Below, piece by piece: positions 37,136 through 46,510 of a stretch of 64,000 nt of DNA. The stretch is taken from the NCBI GenBank assembly GCA_024304995.1, contig JAMWZD010000002.1, forward strand, positions 647,740 through 711,739, read 5' to 3'. Both the position numbers and the translations under genes were made by a program. This stretch comes from Rickettsiales bacterium. Its GTDB lineage: Bacteria > Pseudomonadota > Alphaproteobacteria > Rickettsiales > UBA998. Position 1 is the first letter of the stretch; the number at the start of each line of letters is the position of its first letter. The notes below the pieces were generated by a model that made no database searches, had not been told where the DNA came from, and was given only the letters and a program-made list of their open reading frames with translations.

Positions 37136-37182
37136 TTAGGACGATAAACGCTGTCCATATTGTCCTGTGTCCGTAACCATTA

Positions 37183-39402
37183 TTATATATCGTGTATTAT
37201 CGGATTTACATCGTAATTACTGGCTTTGCTCTTTGATGGTATTGTACGTATCCAGCCTGTTTCTTCAAGACACGATAATGCAGCGTCACGGCGTTTAGTA
37301 TCGCGATTCAAGACATCTTTTGAGATATTGCGACCATTAATGGCCTTCATCTTGTGTTTTCGTATATATTGAGAAACTAAATACGCATCATGTTCATGCT
37401 GTGGAACGGATGCCATCTGCAAACAATGTTCTGCCATTGGATAAAAATACTCTTCAACTATTTTTACCGCATTATTCACATATTCGGCGTTAATAACATC
37501 TGGTTCGTTTATATCTGTTTGCGACCAGTTTAGATAATGTAGCACAAGACTTAAGCGTGCTGTGATGCCTCGTAATTTACCTATATGCGATACCAATATG
37601 CCTGAATGCTTATTCTCATAAACTTGAAGTCGTGACGCAAAGTCTTCTATAATTTTGCGACCAGCAGGACATAGATAAATAATTTTAGGTTCTGGTGAAT
37701 TGCTGCTGTCAATTTCCATATCTAAATTTTGTAAACATTCATAAATGCGCTCAATAAGTTTATCATCAGGTGCTACATTTGGTTCTTTAATATGTTGAGG
37801 AGTTCCTGACACATATAGAAAGCAAGATGATAGACCATCATCAGGTTGTTGTATCAGTAATTGATTAAGTTTATCTGGCTGAATGCTTCCAATGATGGAA
37901 AGTAAAACAGATGGAACGTAAATAGTATTTTCATATTTTACACGGTCAATGGTTGTTGGTCTGCCACCAAAGCTTTCAAGATAAAATGGTCGATCATTCT
38001 TACCGCTTCGTTATAAATTAGCCAGCAAGCCAGCGAGTTCATCTCTTGAGTATATTAAACCTCTAGGATTATCCGCTAATATCAGCGCAGTTTTTTCAAC
38101 TGTACTGTCATTTACAAGTAGTCTTTTAACTTTTGGCTTAGGTAATATTTCTTGCTCATCAATTTGCCATTGCTGATTAACTGCTTTTTGCATTTCCTGC
38201 TGTTGATTATACGCTTTTAATTCAGTTTCATATTGCTTTTGATAGTCTGCTTCTATTCTATGTATAAACGGAAAGACTGCATCTAATGCAGGTGACTTAT
38301 TGCATGATGGTAAACCTACTAACATAAACCATAGAGCTGTGGGTTCTTGCCACTTATGCCATACTTCTATACGGCGTGAATTACCGATAATGCCAGCAGT
38401 GGCAGATAGTAGTGCAGCAAATATATAATCTGGTGGCGCACATTTACATAATGATGCATCTTTAATAAATTTTGCTAGTGTGTCACCTAGTAAATCATAT
38501 GGACACTTAGGTAAATTCGGTTTTTGCTTTTGAACCACAGATAAATCTGGATTATTCCAATTATCGTTATGAATGTATGGATTTTTCTTACCACCTTCAA
38601 AACCGCTATGTATGGTGCTAGTAATCTCTTTTTGTTCCAAGCCTATTTCTAGAGCTGTTTTGGTTAAAATTTCTCTTGCGTATTTTTCATCAAGACCATT
38701 AGATATATGCTGACCTAGTGCAAACGCAGATTTATTGAGTTGATGATTTCGAGTGCCCTTTGCAGCATATTGCAAGTTCAATATTTCTTTTTGAATGATA
38801 TTATCAAATTGCGCTTGAGGAAGTGCTTCAGCTAATTTTTTTTGCATGGACGCAGGTTTTTCAGAAATAATATCTAACAACCACTTTGGTGCATGAGCAA
38901 TTTCTATGTCGTTGATAGGATAAACCCAACGGTAAGATGTGCCATTCGGCTGTATAGATGGCGGTGCAACTACATATCCGCCATCACCACGAATATCAAT
39001 ATTAGGTTCACGCATTCTATCAATAACAATACCTGCTTGTGTTTTAATAATACGATTATCAGGATAACGAAAATACAAATGAATCCCGTTTCCAGTTCGT
39101 GCCGAAAGTGTTCTTGGTAGCTTATTATAACGCTGCATAAGCGCTCTAATACGTTTGTCACCATCCTCACCATCAATATCAAGTACAAAAATATCTGATA
39201 TTTTTCCTGTTACGATAGCTATATTATTTTGTTGTGAATCCCACTTAATACATCGTTCAATAGTTGCATGGTTTTCTTGATATTGTTGCCATGATATATT
39301 TGGTCTTTTGCTACCATAAGAAAGTGGGAAAACGCTAAAACCACATGATAATAGATTCTGAAAATTATTTATTTTCACCTCCAATAGCAGGAAATGCATC
39401 AA
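37183..39402 (-). pseudogene. Bifunctional PrimPol + DUF3987 (helicase-like) replication protein interrupted by a single in-frame TAA
   Basis: The ORFs 39402-38011 and 37812-37183 are in the same frame. The 198 nt between them (38010-37813) is open and encodes 'RSGKNDRPFYLESFGGRPTTIDRVKYENTIYVPSVLLSIIGSIQPDKLNQLL...'. The only stop is TAA at 38013-38011. Confidence 0.7.
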
Positions 39403-39565
39403 TAAATTCTGTTACAGATTCAGCAGTGATTAGCGTTTTTGCACCAAACTTTTTGGCAACCAATTTGCCGTCATTAATTGCTTTATAAATGCTGGTGCGT
39501 CCAAGCGATATGCGCTCGCTAACTTCTTTTATAGTCAAAAGATTTTTATTCATCTCATTCTCCAT
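39365..39565 (-). CDS. AlpA/excisionase-family DNA-binding protein (66 aa)
   Basis: 'LLTIKEVSERISLGRTSIYKAINDGKL' is an AlpA/MerR-like HTH. Confidence 0.75.
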   Translation of the reverse strand: MENEMNKNLLTIKEVSERISLGRTSIYKAINDGKLVAKKFGAKTLITAESVTEFIDAFPAIGGENK

Positions 39566-39740
39566 TATGATAATTTATGAACACTTGCGTGATCCTGAGA
39601 ATGAGTTATCTGCGTATTTTCTGTCACATAAAAGCGGAGTAATTTAGTGACAGAATTTTTCTATGTGCTCAGCTAATATGGAATGGGTTTAATCAGTATT
39701 GTTTGAATTATATTTTAATTGGAACTTTTCCCAAAGATCG

Positions 39741-40217
39741 TCATGTTTTTTCCTTTGTAATACCATTGTAACAATACTGGCTTTGAAAAATTCGATACAT
39801 TTTTTGTCTCTTTTGGTATGATTCACGATAAATTTTTCTAACCGTATTTTCTGGCTTTGTATAAGAACCATCAGCTTTTGGTTTTGGCTGTAAATTATGA
39901 TTTTTTACTACCCATTCTGTAGCTTCTTTAGCGGTAGTTTTTTTATCTAAAATTTCACCATCACTGTCAATATTTGAAAACATTTTGATGCATTCAAAAT
40001 CATTGCCTATTCTGAATATTTGCTCATCAGAAAATTCACGAGGACGACCTTTTGGCTTATGTGTTAAACCTATCATTCTATGAATCAATTCTTTGTAACC
40101 TCTCGCATTTGTAATATTTAGTTCAAACCGTTTTTGACTATATTCATCACATAATACATTCAACCGCTCCTGCGCTTCTTTCATTTCTTGCTCTGTCAAA
40201 TCTTCAATTTCACCCAT
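39741..40217 (-). CDS. Hypothetical island protein (158 aa)
   Basis: ORF only. Its start overlaps the reconstructed integrase 3' end. Confidence 0.4.
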   Translation of the reverse strand: MGEIEDLTEQEMKEAQERLNVLCDEYSQKRFELNITNARGYKELIHRMIGLTHKPKGRPREFSDEQIFRIGNDFECIKMFSNIDSDGEILDKKTTAKEATEWVVKNHNLQPKPKADGSYTKPENTVRKIYRESYQKRQKMYRIFQSQYCYNGITKEKT

Positions 40218-41413
40218 CAATTTTCATCCCTAATTTTTGCATATGGTCAGCCCACCACTGCATTATCTCTGTGCGCTCTGGTAGGTATGCACGATTATAT
40301 ACGGCGCGTACCTGATCGCGCTCTGTGTGTGCTAACTGCCGCTCTATGGCATCGCTGTTAAAGCCATGTTCGTTTAATATGGTGTCTGGCTGTGGTGCGG
40401 AAGCCGTGACCAGTGGTGATGCCTTTATAGCCCATTAAGTCAATCGCACGAAGAAACGTATTCTCGCTAATGCATTTACGTGGATTTTGAAAACTTGGTA
40501 ACACGTAGCCACTATAGCTGTTTCTTGTCACCTCGTGAATCTTTTTGAACAATGCAATGCTTTGCGCTGATAATGGCACAAGCAGTTCTTTTCGCATCTT
40601 CATCCGTTCAGCAGGTATGCGCCATAGTTTTTGTTTAAAGTCTATCTCAGACCATTGTGCCTGACGTAATTCAGATGTGCGAACAAAGGTTAGAATCAAT
40701 AACTGAAATCCCCACTTGGTAATTGGATTGCCGTTATAGGTGCTGTCATAGCAATTTAGTTTACGCAAGAAATCTGGTAATTGCTGTTCTTCAAGATAGG
40801 CGCGATGTGTGGTGGCAGACGGTTTCAATGCACCTTGCAAATCAGTCGTGATATTGCGTTCTGCTTTACCGCATGCAATCGCATAACGATATATTTGCGC
40901 TGTAGTTTGCAACATACGCTTTGCCATTTCATGCCTGCCTTGCTGTTCTATCGGTTTCAGCGTATGCAGCAATTCAGGCGGCGTGATGTTTACAATAGGC
41001 TTGTTGCAAAGAATAGGGAAGAGGTGCATTTCCAGCCGTTTCATAATGTTATCTGCATGTCGTGGCTGCCATGTATGACGTTTTTGTTCGTGCCATTCAC
41101 GCGCTATCGCTTCAAACGTATTCACATGCTGCATTTCAAAATCCAGCTTTTCCTGCCTTTTGGCTTGCACTGGATCAATATTATGCATCACCAGCTTTTT
41201 CTTCTCCAGCTTCAATTCACGCGCTTCTTTTAACGATACTAATGGATATTCACCAAGTGACACCTGTTTGCGTTTATTATTCAGACTATACGCCAGATAC
41301 CAGCGTTTACTGCCAGATGGATTGACCGTTAGCGATAAATTATCACCATCATTCAGGCGATACATTTTATCTTTCGGTTGTGCATTTTTAATCTGTATGT
41401 TTGTCAGCTTCAT
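40210..41413 (-). pseudogene. int: P4-type tyrosine integrase with a +1 frameshift before the catalytic C-terminus
   Basis: N-terminal DUF4102-like 'KLTNIQIKNAQPKDKMYRLNDGDNLSLTV'. The ORF stops after 'GHGFRTTARHHIKRTWL'. The next frame continues 'EHGFNSDAIERQLAHTERDQVRAVYNRAYLPERTEIMQWWADHM', which holds the His and Tyr of the active site. Removing one C near 40384 restores 'TARTILNEHGF'. Confidence 0.8.
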
Positions 41414-41781
41414 TTGTTACCTCTTTACTGTTTTGCATGTGGACATCCACGAATAGCCATGAATGACTATGAATAAATAACAAGAAAAAACAGCATGTTA
41501 CACAGTTTTTCTTAGCAAAAATTAGCGAAATAGTAAAGCGGTAAAGTGATCGTCCATATTGTCCATCGTCCACGGTAGGTATGGATATAAAAAACAGGAA
41601 CACCAACTAAGCCAGCAAACCAAGCAAAACCTAGTGTAGCAAAACCCATGACTTGCTACAGCTTGCTGTAATTTTTGCTACCAAAAAACGTGGCTGTAGG
41701 CAAATAAACGCGAACAGAAACGAATAGAAAAGCAGTTTAAGTTATTGACGAATAAACACAAAACGAACAGATACGAATGTT

Positions 41782-41810
41782 GAGGAACAGTTTTATGGTG
41801 ACCCCTACGG
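41782..41810. repeat. Proximal att direct repeat: 15 nt of the tRNA-Glu 3' end plus 14 nt downstream
   Basis: See the partner at 30845-30873. Confidence 0.8.
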
Positions 41811-41870
41811 GATTCGAACCCGTGTTGCCGCCGTGAAAGGGCGATGTCCTAACCACTAGACGAAGGGGCC
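41796..41870 (-). tRNA. tRNA-Glu (anticodon UUC)
   Basis: The reverse complement GGCCCCTTCGTCTAGTGGTTAGGACATCGCCCTTTCACGGCGGCAACACGGGTTCGAATCCCGTAGGGGTCACCA folds as a cloverleaf, has a CTTTCAC anticodon loop and encoded CCA, and is close to E. coli tRNA-Glu. Confidence 0.9.
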
Positions 41871-41965
41871 ACGTGCCTTGTGGCGTGGGCGCAATATCGT
41901 TATTTTTTGCAATCAAGTCAACCCTTAATTTCATTCAACGTGCATTTATTTTGCAAAAGACGCAT

Positions 41966-43927
41966 TTAGCGTGATGGACCATTAGGTTTGCGTGTTTCAT
42001 TTATTTCGGCAATATCATCTGTGCGTTTTTCTGATGCCATTTCAGTCAGTACGCCTTTGCGTGTATTGCTTTGCGCTTTTTGTTGAACAAAGCTATTAAC
42101 ATTGAAGGGTTTAAGCGCATCTCCCGTGCCGTCAAACTGAGCTTCGGTAATGGCATCTAATTTCATGTCTGCCACCAAACTTGCCATATTGGTTTTTTGC
42201 TGCCCTAGCTTTCCAGCTGTGCCAACGATATTGTTTTTGCCTTTTCCGCGAAGTCCTTTTGCGCTGACAATATTGTTTTTGCCTTTGCCAGTTGCTTCGT
42301 CCATTTGGTTCTGCTTTTCTTTCTGGCGAAGCAGCATTTGTGCGCGCACTGCTTGCATACCGTCAATCTTTGCGTCTTTCTTGGCAAGGTTTTTGTTTTC
42401 GTCAATATCTTCGGCGCGTTTATCTTCCTTCGCGCTGTTTGCAGCTGGCTGAAATTCCCGCAAGCCTAATGCCAGCTCATTCGCTTTGCCAAGCTGGTTT
42501 TGTGTTTGAGTAATGTCCTGTACATGCTCCACCACCGCGTCCAACCCGCGTTCCACACGTTCCAGCAATGCGCCGACCGTGACATCACCAGAATGTTTGC
42601 ATGAGTCTGGCATATTATTTGCTGCTGCAACTAATTTGTCGCATTCTTTCATAGCAAGTTTTGCCTGATCAACATCTTGTGCTGCCTCATAAGCAATCGC
42701 GCTATTTTGCATTTGCGCAGCTTGGTGATTTAACTCATGATATTGCAATATTTCTAATGCATGTAATGCCTCTCGCACTAATTCATTCTGCTCAATATTT
42801 TCATCAAGCTGCACCGCCACATCCAGATGATGACGGAAAATGCTGCTGACATCAGACATTTTGTTGAAGAGTTCCTGAACGATCGGCTGGTCAAAATTGT
42901 CCAGCAACTGCTCTACTGAGAATGCAGAGAAATGCACTTTGAGTTTGTCCAGAATATTGCGTGCTTCGGTGATGGCTTCTTCCTGAACGTCTTTGTTCAA
43001 ATCCTCCACCGTGTTAAGCTGCATCTGAATGTCGCCTAATTCCTGTGCGCCTTCTTCCACCTGTCCTAATTCTGCTAGGGCTGCAACGTCCTGCTGCGCC
43101 ATGAGGTTGGCATACACTGCCTGCCGCGCGGCTTCTTCTGCGAGATATTCCTGTTCGGCGTAATTAGTATCTTCATATGTATAATCAATAAATTCAGGAT
43201 CACCTGCATCTGAAATGCGGTTTACCTTGCTGAAGGGCGTGTCGCTCAAAGGGGGCAAATCCCAGTTGTGGGAGTCTTTTCCTGAAAGCAGGTTGATGAA
43301 GCTATGCGCAAGACCAGTGCGTTTGTAACTATCGCTTTTTGCTTTCAGGCGTGAATATATTTCTGCGCCACCGACGGCTTCTTCATTCGCAAGGCTAAGT
43401 GAGATGCTGGGTTCCAGTGGGTTGTGCAGCACATTTTTCCCGCGTTTGAGCATCAAACCAATATCTTTTGCCATCTGATCCACAAATTTTACTGCTTTGT
43501 CCTGTGGGTCACGGTTTTCCTGCCCCGTGGGGAAATAATTATTGAACAGATAATTGCGCATCACGGCGAGGTTCATGCGCAAATCATCATATTTCGGATC
43601 ATCACTCATCAGTTTTTTGGCGATATCCTTTCCAGCGCTCACCGCAATCTGCCCATCAAAAAATTCATAGGCATATGGGTTAAACTGCAACCCCTCTCTT
43701 TGAATAAATGCTTTATTATATTCCCAGCTATCCCCCTCTGATTTGATAAAAGGCCCTAGCACAGGATGGTCATATCGAGGGTCATCCCGATGAAGTTCTA
43801 CGGCTTTTGGTTCAGGGTCGTCAGGGCCCCCAGGGTCAAGGCTGCTTATGTCAAACGGTTCCAGCGGGTCAGGAGCGGGGCCTGGTTCACCGTAAAAAGA
43901 TGCTATGTTGTCGTCTTCATCAGCCAT
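41966..43927 (-). CDS. Large orphan protein (653 aa), mostly helical/acidic, no signal peptide
   Basis: Long ORF, probably co-transcribed with the 97-aa gene upstream. It contains the short internal repeat 'GKGKNNIV(S/G)'. Confidence 0.6.
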   Translation of the reverse strand: MADEDDNIASFYGEPGPAPDPLEPFDISSLDPGGPDDPEPKAVELHRDDPRYDHPVLGPFIKSEGDSWEYNKAFIQREGLQFNPYAYEFFDGQIAVSAGKDIAKKLMSDDPKYDDLRMNLAVMRNYLFNNYFPTGQENRDPQDKAVKFVDQMAKDIGLMLKRGKNVLHNPLEPSISLSLANEEAVGGAEIYSRLKAKSDSYKRTGLAHSFINLLSGKDSHNWDLPPLSDTPFSKVNRISDAGDPEFIDYTYEDTNYAEQEYLAEEAARQAVYANLMAQQDVAALAELGQVEEGAQELGDIQMQLNTVEDLNKDVQEEAITEARNILDKLKVHFSAFSVEQLLDNFDQPIVQELFNKMSDVSSIFRHHLDVAVQLDENIEQNELVREALHALEILQYHELNHQAAQMQNSAIAYEAAQDVDQAKLAMKECDKLVAAANNMPDSCKHSGDVTVGALLERVERGLDAVVEHVQDITQTQNQLGKANELALGLREFQPAANSAKEDKRAEDIDENKNLAKKDAKIDGMQAVRAQMLLRQKEKQNQMDEATGKGKNNIVSAKGLRGKGKNNIVGTAGKLGQQKTNMASLVADMKLDAITEAQFDGTGDALKPFNVNSFVQQKAQSNTRKGVLTEMASEKRTDDIAEINETRKPNGPSR

Positions 43928-43942
43928 ATAAATTTATCAGTA

Positions 43943-44236
43943 TCAGGATGGCTTCGCGCCACCTTCCTTGTCTTTCTGGGCGGCAGCATTGCCAAGTGCG
44001 TAAACACACAGATCTTCAAAAGAGACATTATTTTCCTGCGAGATCTTAAAGAGTTTTTCAAAACTATCCATCACATCCTGCGGAATAGTGCCACCACGTT
44101 CACTGGAAAGCCAGTTGGACTGGTTGAGCAACGGATGTTTTTTGGGGTGCGGTTCGCCAACATACACATGAAACGGATGCTTCTTTCCGCCAAAATCACA
44201 AGGTATTGTAAAACGCTTCATTGTCACTTTCTCCAA
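43943..44236 (-). CDS. Small conserved-looking hypothetical protein (97 aa)
   Basis: The ORF begins 'MKRFTIPCDFGGKKHPFHVYVGEPHPKKHPL'. I have a vague recollection of similar small proteins in intracellular bacteria, but cannot name the family reliably. Confidence 0.55.
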   Translation of the reverse strand: MEKVTMKRFTIPCDFGGKKHPFHVYVGEPHPKKHPLLNQSNWLSSERGGTIPQDVMDSFEKLFKISQENNVSFEDLCVYALGNAAAQKDKEGGAKPS

Positions 44237-44384
44237 TAATCATAGTATAACTGTTTAATATTACCATTATATGACAGTCATTTCTATCATATAAACTTTA
44301 ACTGACGATAAACCTCTATATTGTAAAGAATTTGTCATAAAAATTTCGTGTTATGCAACATTGCAATGTGTTAATCTGAAACAA

Positions 44385-46304
44385 ATGACCGCTATTCTTC
44401 CTAAACGACATTCCGTACCTGAACATAATGACCAACTTCAGCTGATGGTGGAGCGTGCGCAGATTGCGCAGGATGAGCTGGTTAAATTTTCAGCAGATGC
44501 CGTGCATCGCGTTATGGTAGAAAAAGCCCTTATTTATGCGTTTGAAGGCAAGGAAGCTGCAGAATTGGCATATGAAGAGCCGAAAGAAACAATCGAATCT
44601 GTGCTTCGTTCCATACGCGGATTGCTTGGAAAAGACTTTTCACTGGAAGAAGAAGATCTGCAGCATTTATATTCGGATCTTAATAACGGAGAAATAACAA
44701 AAGAAGGCATCTATAAATTTACAGATGCATTGTTTGAAACAGGGGCTGTTACTGCGTTATCATCGCATGTGCCTTCCTCTATGATTGAAGCACATAATGA
44801 AGCACAGAACAAAATGACATTGCATCTGGACTGGCATCAGAACCAGTTGAGCAATTTGATTGAAAATGGAAAAACGCTTCATGACGGCACATATCTTATT
44901 TTAAGTGATGAACAGAAACTGATTGTGGCGCGGCATAATCAGCTGGTGACAGACTGGCGTGATGGTATGCTGGAAAATTTCCCGCAATCTGTTGAATTTA
45001 CAGAGATTGCTAATAAAGCAGAAATTTCTCACCCCCATATTGAAGGTGTAACACAGCACCCATTAATGAATGCAATTCAGGGGATGCATGAAGCGGTGAA
45101 GCGGCTTCAATTTGCACGTATTAAAGATGATCTGGAGAATCAAAAATTTATTGAAGAACAGCCAGAAGCACATATTATCAGCCTGTTTGAAAAAGGCATC
45201 AAATCGCCTGCGTCCATTCAGGAAAAAATTGAAACAGTGCATGATGGTGAATATTTTGACGATAATAACAGACCTAAAATCAATGATGCCGCACGTGACA
45301 AGATTATCGTAGGTGACGTAGAAACACTGGAACGGCTGACCCATCATTCTGCCAATATTATTGCAGAGCGTGATGATATGGAATTGAAAAAAGCAAAATT
45401 GCGCATGACGGGGCAGGGCGAATGGCACGCGGGGATGATTGTTGAATTTACCCTGAAAGACAAAGAAGGAAAGGAATTTCAGTTCCCTACTGAGTTTTTC
45501 TTTTCTGATGTAAAACAGCATGAAATTGAGCAGATTTCGCATAGTATTTATAATTGCATAAAGCTGGTGAAGGATAATGGCGGAAAATCTTCTCGCAATA
45601 ATATTGGTGACAGGGATTTAAATGCTATCACCGTTGAGGAAGCAAAAGAGTTTGTGCAGCAATATAATCATATTGCTGAATGGATTAATGAACATCATAG
45701 CACAAAGATGGACTATTTCCTCAAAAGCAATCATTTTGAATGGTATCAGAACAAATTTTCAAAAGACGAAATTATTGATAATACCAGACATGTTCTTGAA
45801 GAAACTCAAACGAAAGATAGAAATTATACAGACGTGATTCTCGCGTTGGATCATTTGCAGACCAGTTCCACCATCATGAACCCTCTTAAAAAAGAGCAGA
45901 CAGATATTATGTTTGATATAACAAAAGAATCAAATGGTATGATTGGGGCGGAAGCAAGCGCACTTATTGCACTAAAGTCGGAAGAATTGCGCTCTATGCA
46001 TCGTTTCATTAAAGCATGTGCTGCAAAGTCACATATGAATGAACCATATGACCGTTATAACGGAGCAGACCCATCCATGTCTGCTTTATATTCTGTGCTG
46101 ACGGATAATAATAACCCGTTGAAAGAAAAAGAAATGATTCAGCGTCATAAGCAGGTGGCAGATATGCCTGAAAGTATCTTTATTCCAAAACTGGGTGTTG
46201 ATTTTGAAATGCAGCATCTCAAAGAAGCGCATCAGTTTGTTGACAAATTTGACGAACTGACCAAACCTTTATTAGCTGAAAAATTTGCAGGGGTGGCGCG
46301 TTGA
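44385..46304 (+). CDS. Orphan 639-aa protein with a central region resembling a divergent RelA/SpoT-type nucleotidyltransferase fold (tentative)
   Basis: Ordered motifs: 'KGIKSPASIQEKI' (45195-45230), 'INDAARDKIIV' (45279-45311), 'GEWHAGMIV' (45417-45443), 'TEFFFSD-x9-SHSIY' (45489-45551). The ATG at 44385 is preferred over TTG at 44361. Confidence 0.55.
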   Translation: MTAILPKRHSVPEHNDQLQLMVERAQIAQDELVKFSADAVHRVMVEKALIYAFEGKEAAELAYEEPKETIESVLRSIRGLLGKDFSLEEEDLQHLYSDLNNGEITKEGIYKFTDALFETGAVTALSSHVPSSMIEAHNEAQNKMTLHLDWHQNQLSNLIENGKTLHDGTYLILSDEQKLIVARHNQLVTDWRDGMLENFPQSVEFTEIANKAEISHPHIEGVTQHPLMNAIQGMHEAVKRLQFARIKDDLENQKFIEEQPEAHIISLFEKGIKSPASIQEKIETVHDGEYFDDNNRPKINDAARDKIIVGDVETLERLTHHSANIIAERDDMELKKAKLRMTGQGEWHAGMIVEFTLKDKEGKEFQFPTEFFFSDVKQHEIEQISHSIYNCIKLVKDNGGKSSRNNIGDRDLNAITVEEAKEFVQQYNHIAEWINEHHSTKMDYFLKSNHFEWYQNKFSKDEIIDNTRHVLEETQTKDRNYTDVILALDHLQTSSTIMNPLKKEQTDIMFDITKESNGMIGAEASALIALKSEELRSMHRFIKACAAKSHMNEPYDRYNGADPSMSALYSVLTDNNNPLKEKEMIQRHKQVADMPESIFIPKLGVDFEMQHLKEAHQFVDKFDELTKPLLAEKFAGVAR

Positions 46305-46510
46305 TGCCAGATTATGCTTATAAAGAATATGAAGAGCAGATTTTTCGTATATTGTTAGGAGCGTCTGTGATTGAGCATCAGGTGGAAATATACCGCAAAG
46401 GCAAAGGGTTTGTACCATTCGAAAACGCAACATTGGTGTTGATGCGTGGTTATGATGTTTCGGAAAAGCAGGCAAAACAGCGCATCGCCAATCAGATTAT
46501 TCGGCGTTAG
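46304..46510 (+). CDS. Small ORF (68 aa) translationally coupled to the upstream orphan
   Basis: TGATG stop/start junction at 46302-46306; no motif recognised. Confidence 0.45.
   Translation: MPDYAYKEYEEQIFRILLGASVIEHQVEIYRKGKGFVPFENATLVLMRGYDVSEKQAKQRIANQIIRR

Larger units (their letters stand above)
30845..41810 (-). mobile_element. Integrated genomic island of about 11 kb at the 3' end of tRNA-Glu. It has a P4-like integrase/AlpA/PrimPol backbone and appears to be decaying.
   Basis: Bounded by a 29-bp direct repeat (27/29 identical) that includes the last 15 nt of tRNA-Glu. The integrase is adjacent to the tRNA. The cargo is AT-rich. The integrase is frameshifted and the primase carries a nonsense codon. 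Confidence 0.75.

Noticed and set aside
39619-39660. Inverted repeat ttctgtcac-N19-gtgacagaa followed by a T-run, upstream of the alpA-like gene
   Set aside because: It would be a plus-strand terminator with no plus-strand gene to terminate. It may be an operator for the island promoter, but a single occurrence cannot be supported further.
41737-41934. 65-aa ORF covering tRNA-Glu, and the 80-aa ORF at 53021-53263 covering tRNA-Cys
   Set aside because: These are translations of tRNA genes and their flanks. The cloverleaf structures explain the sequence.
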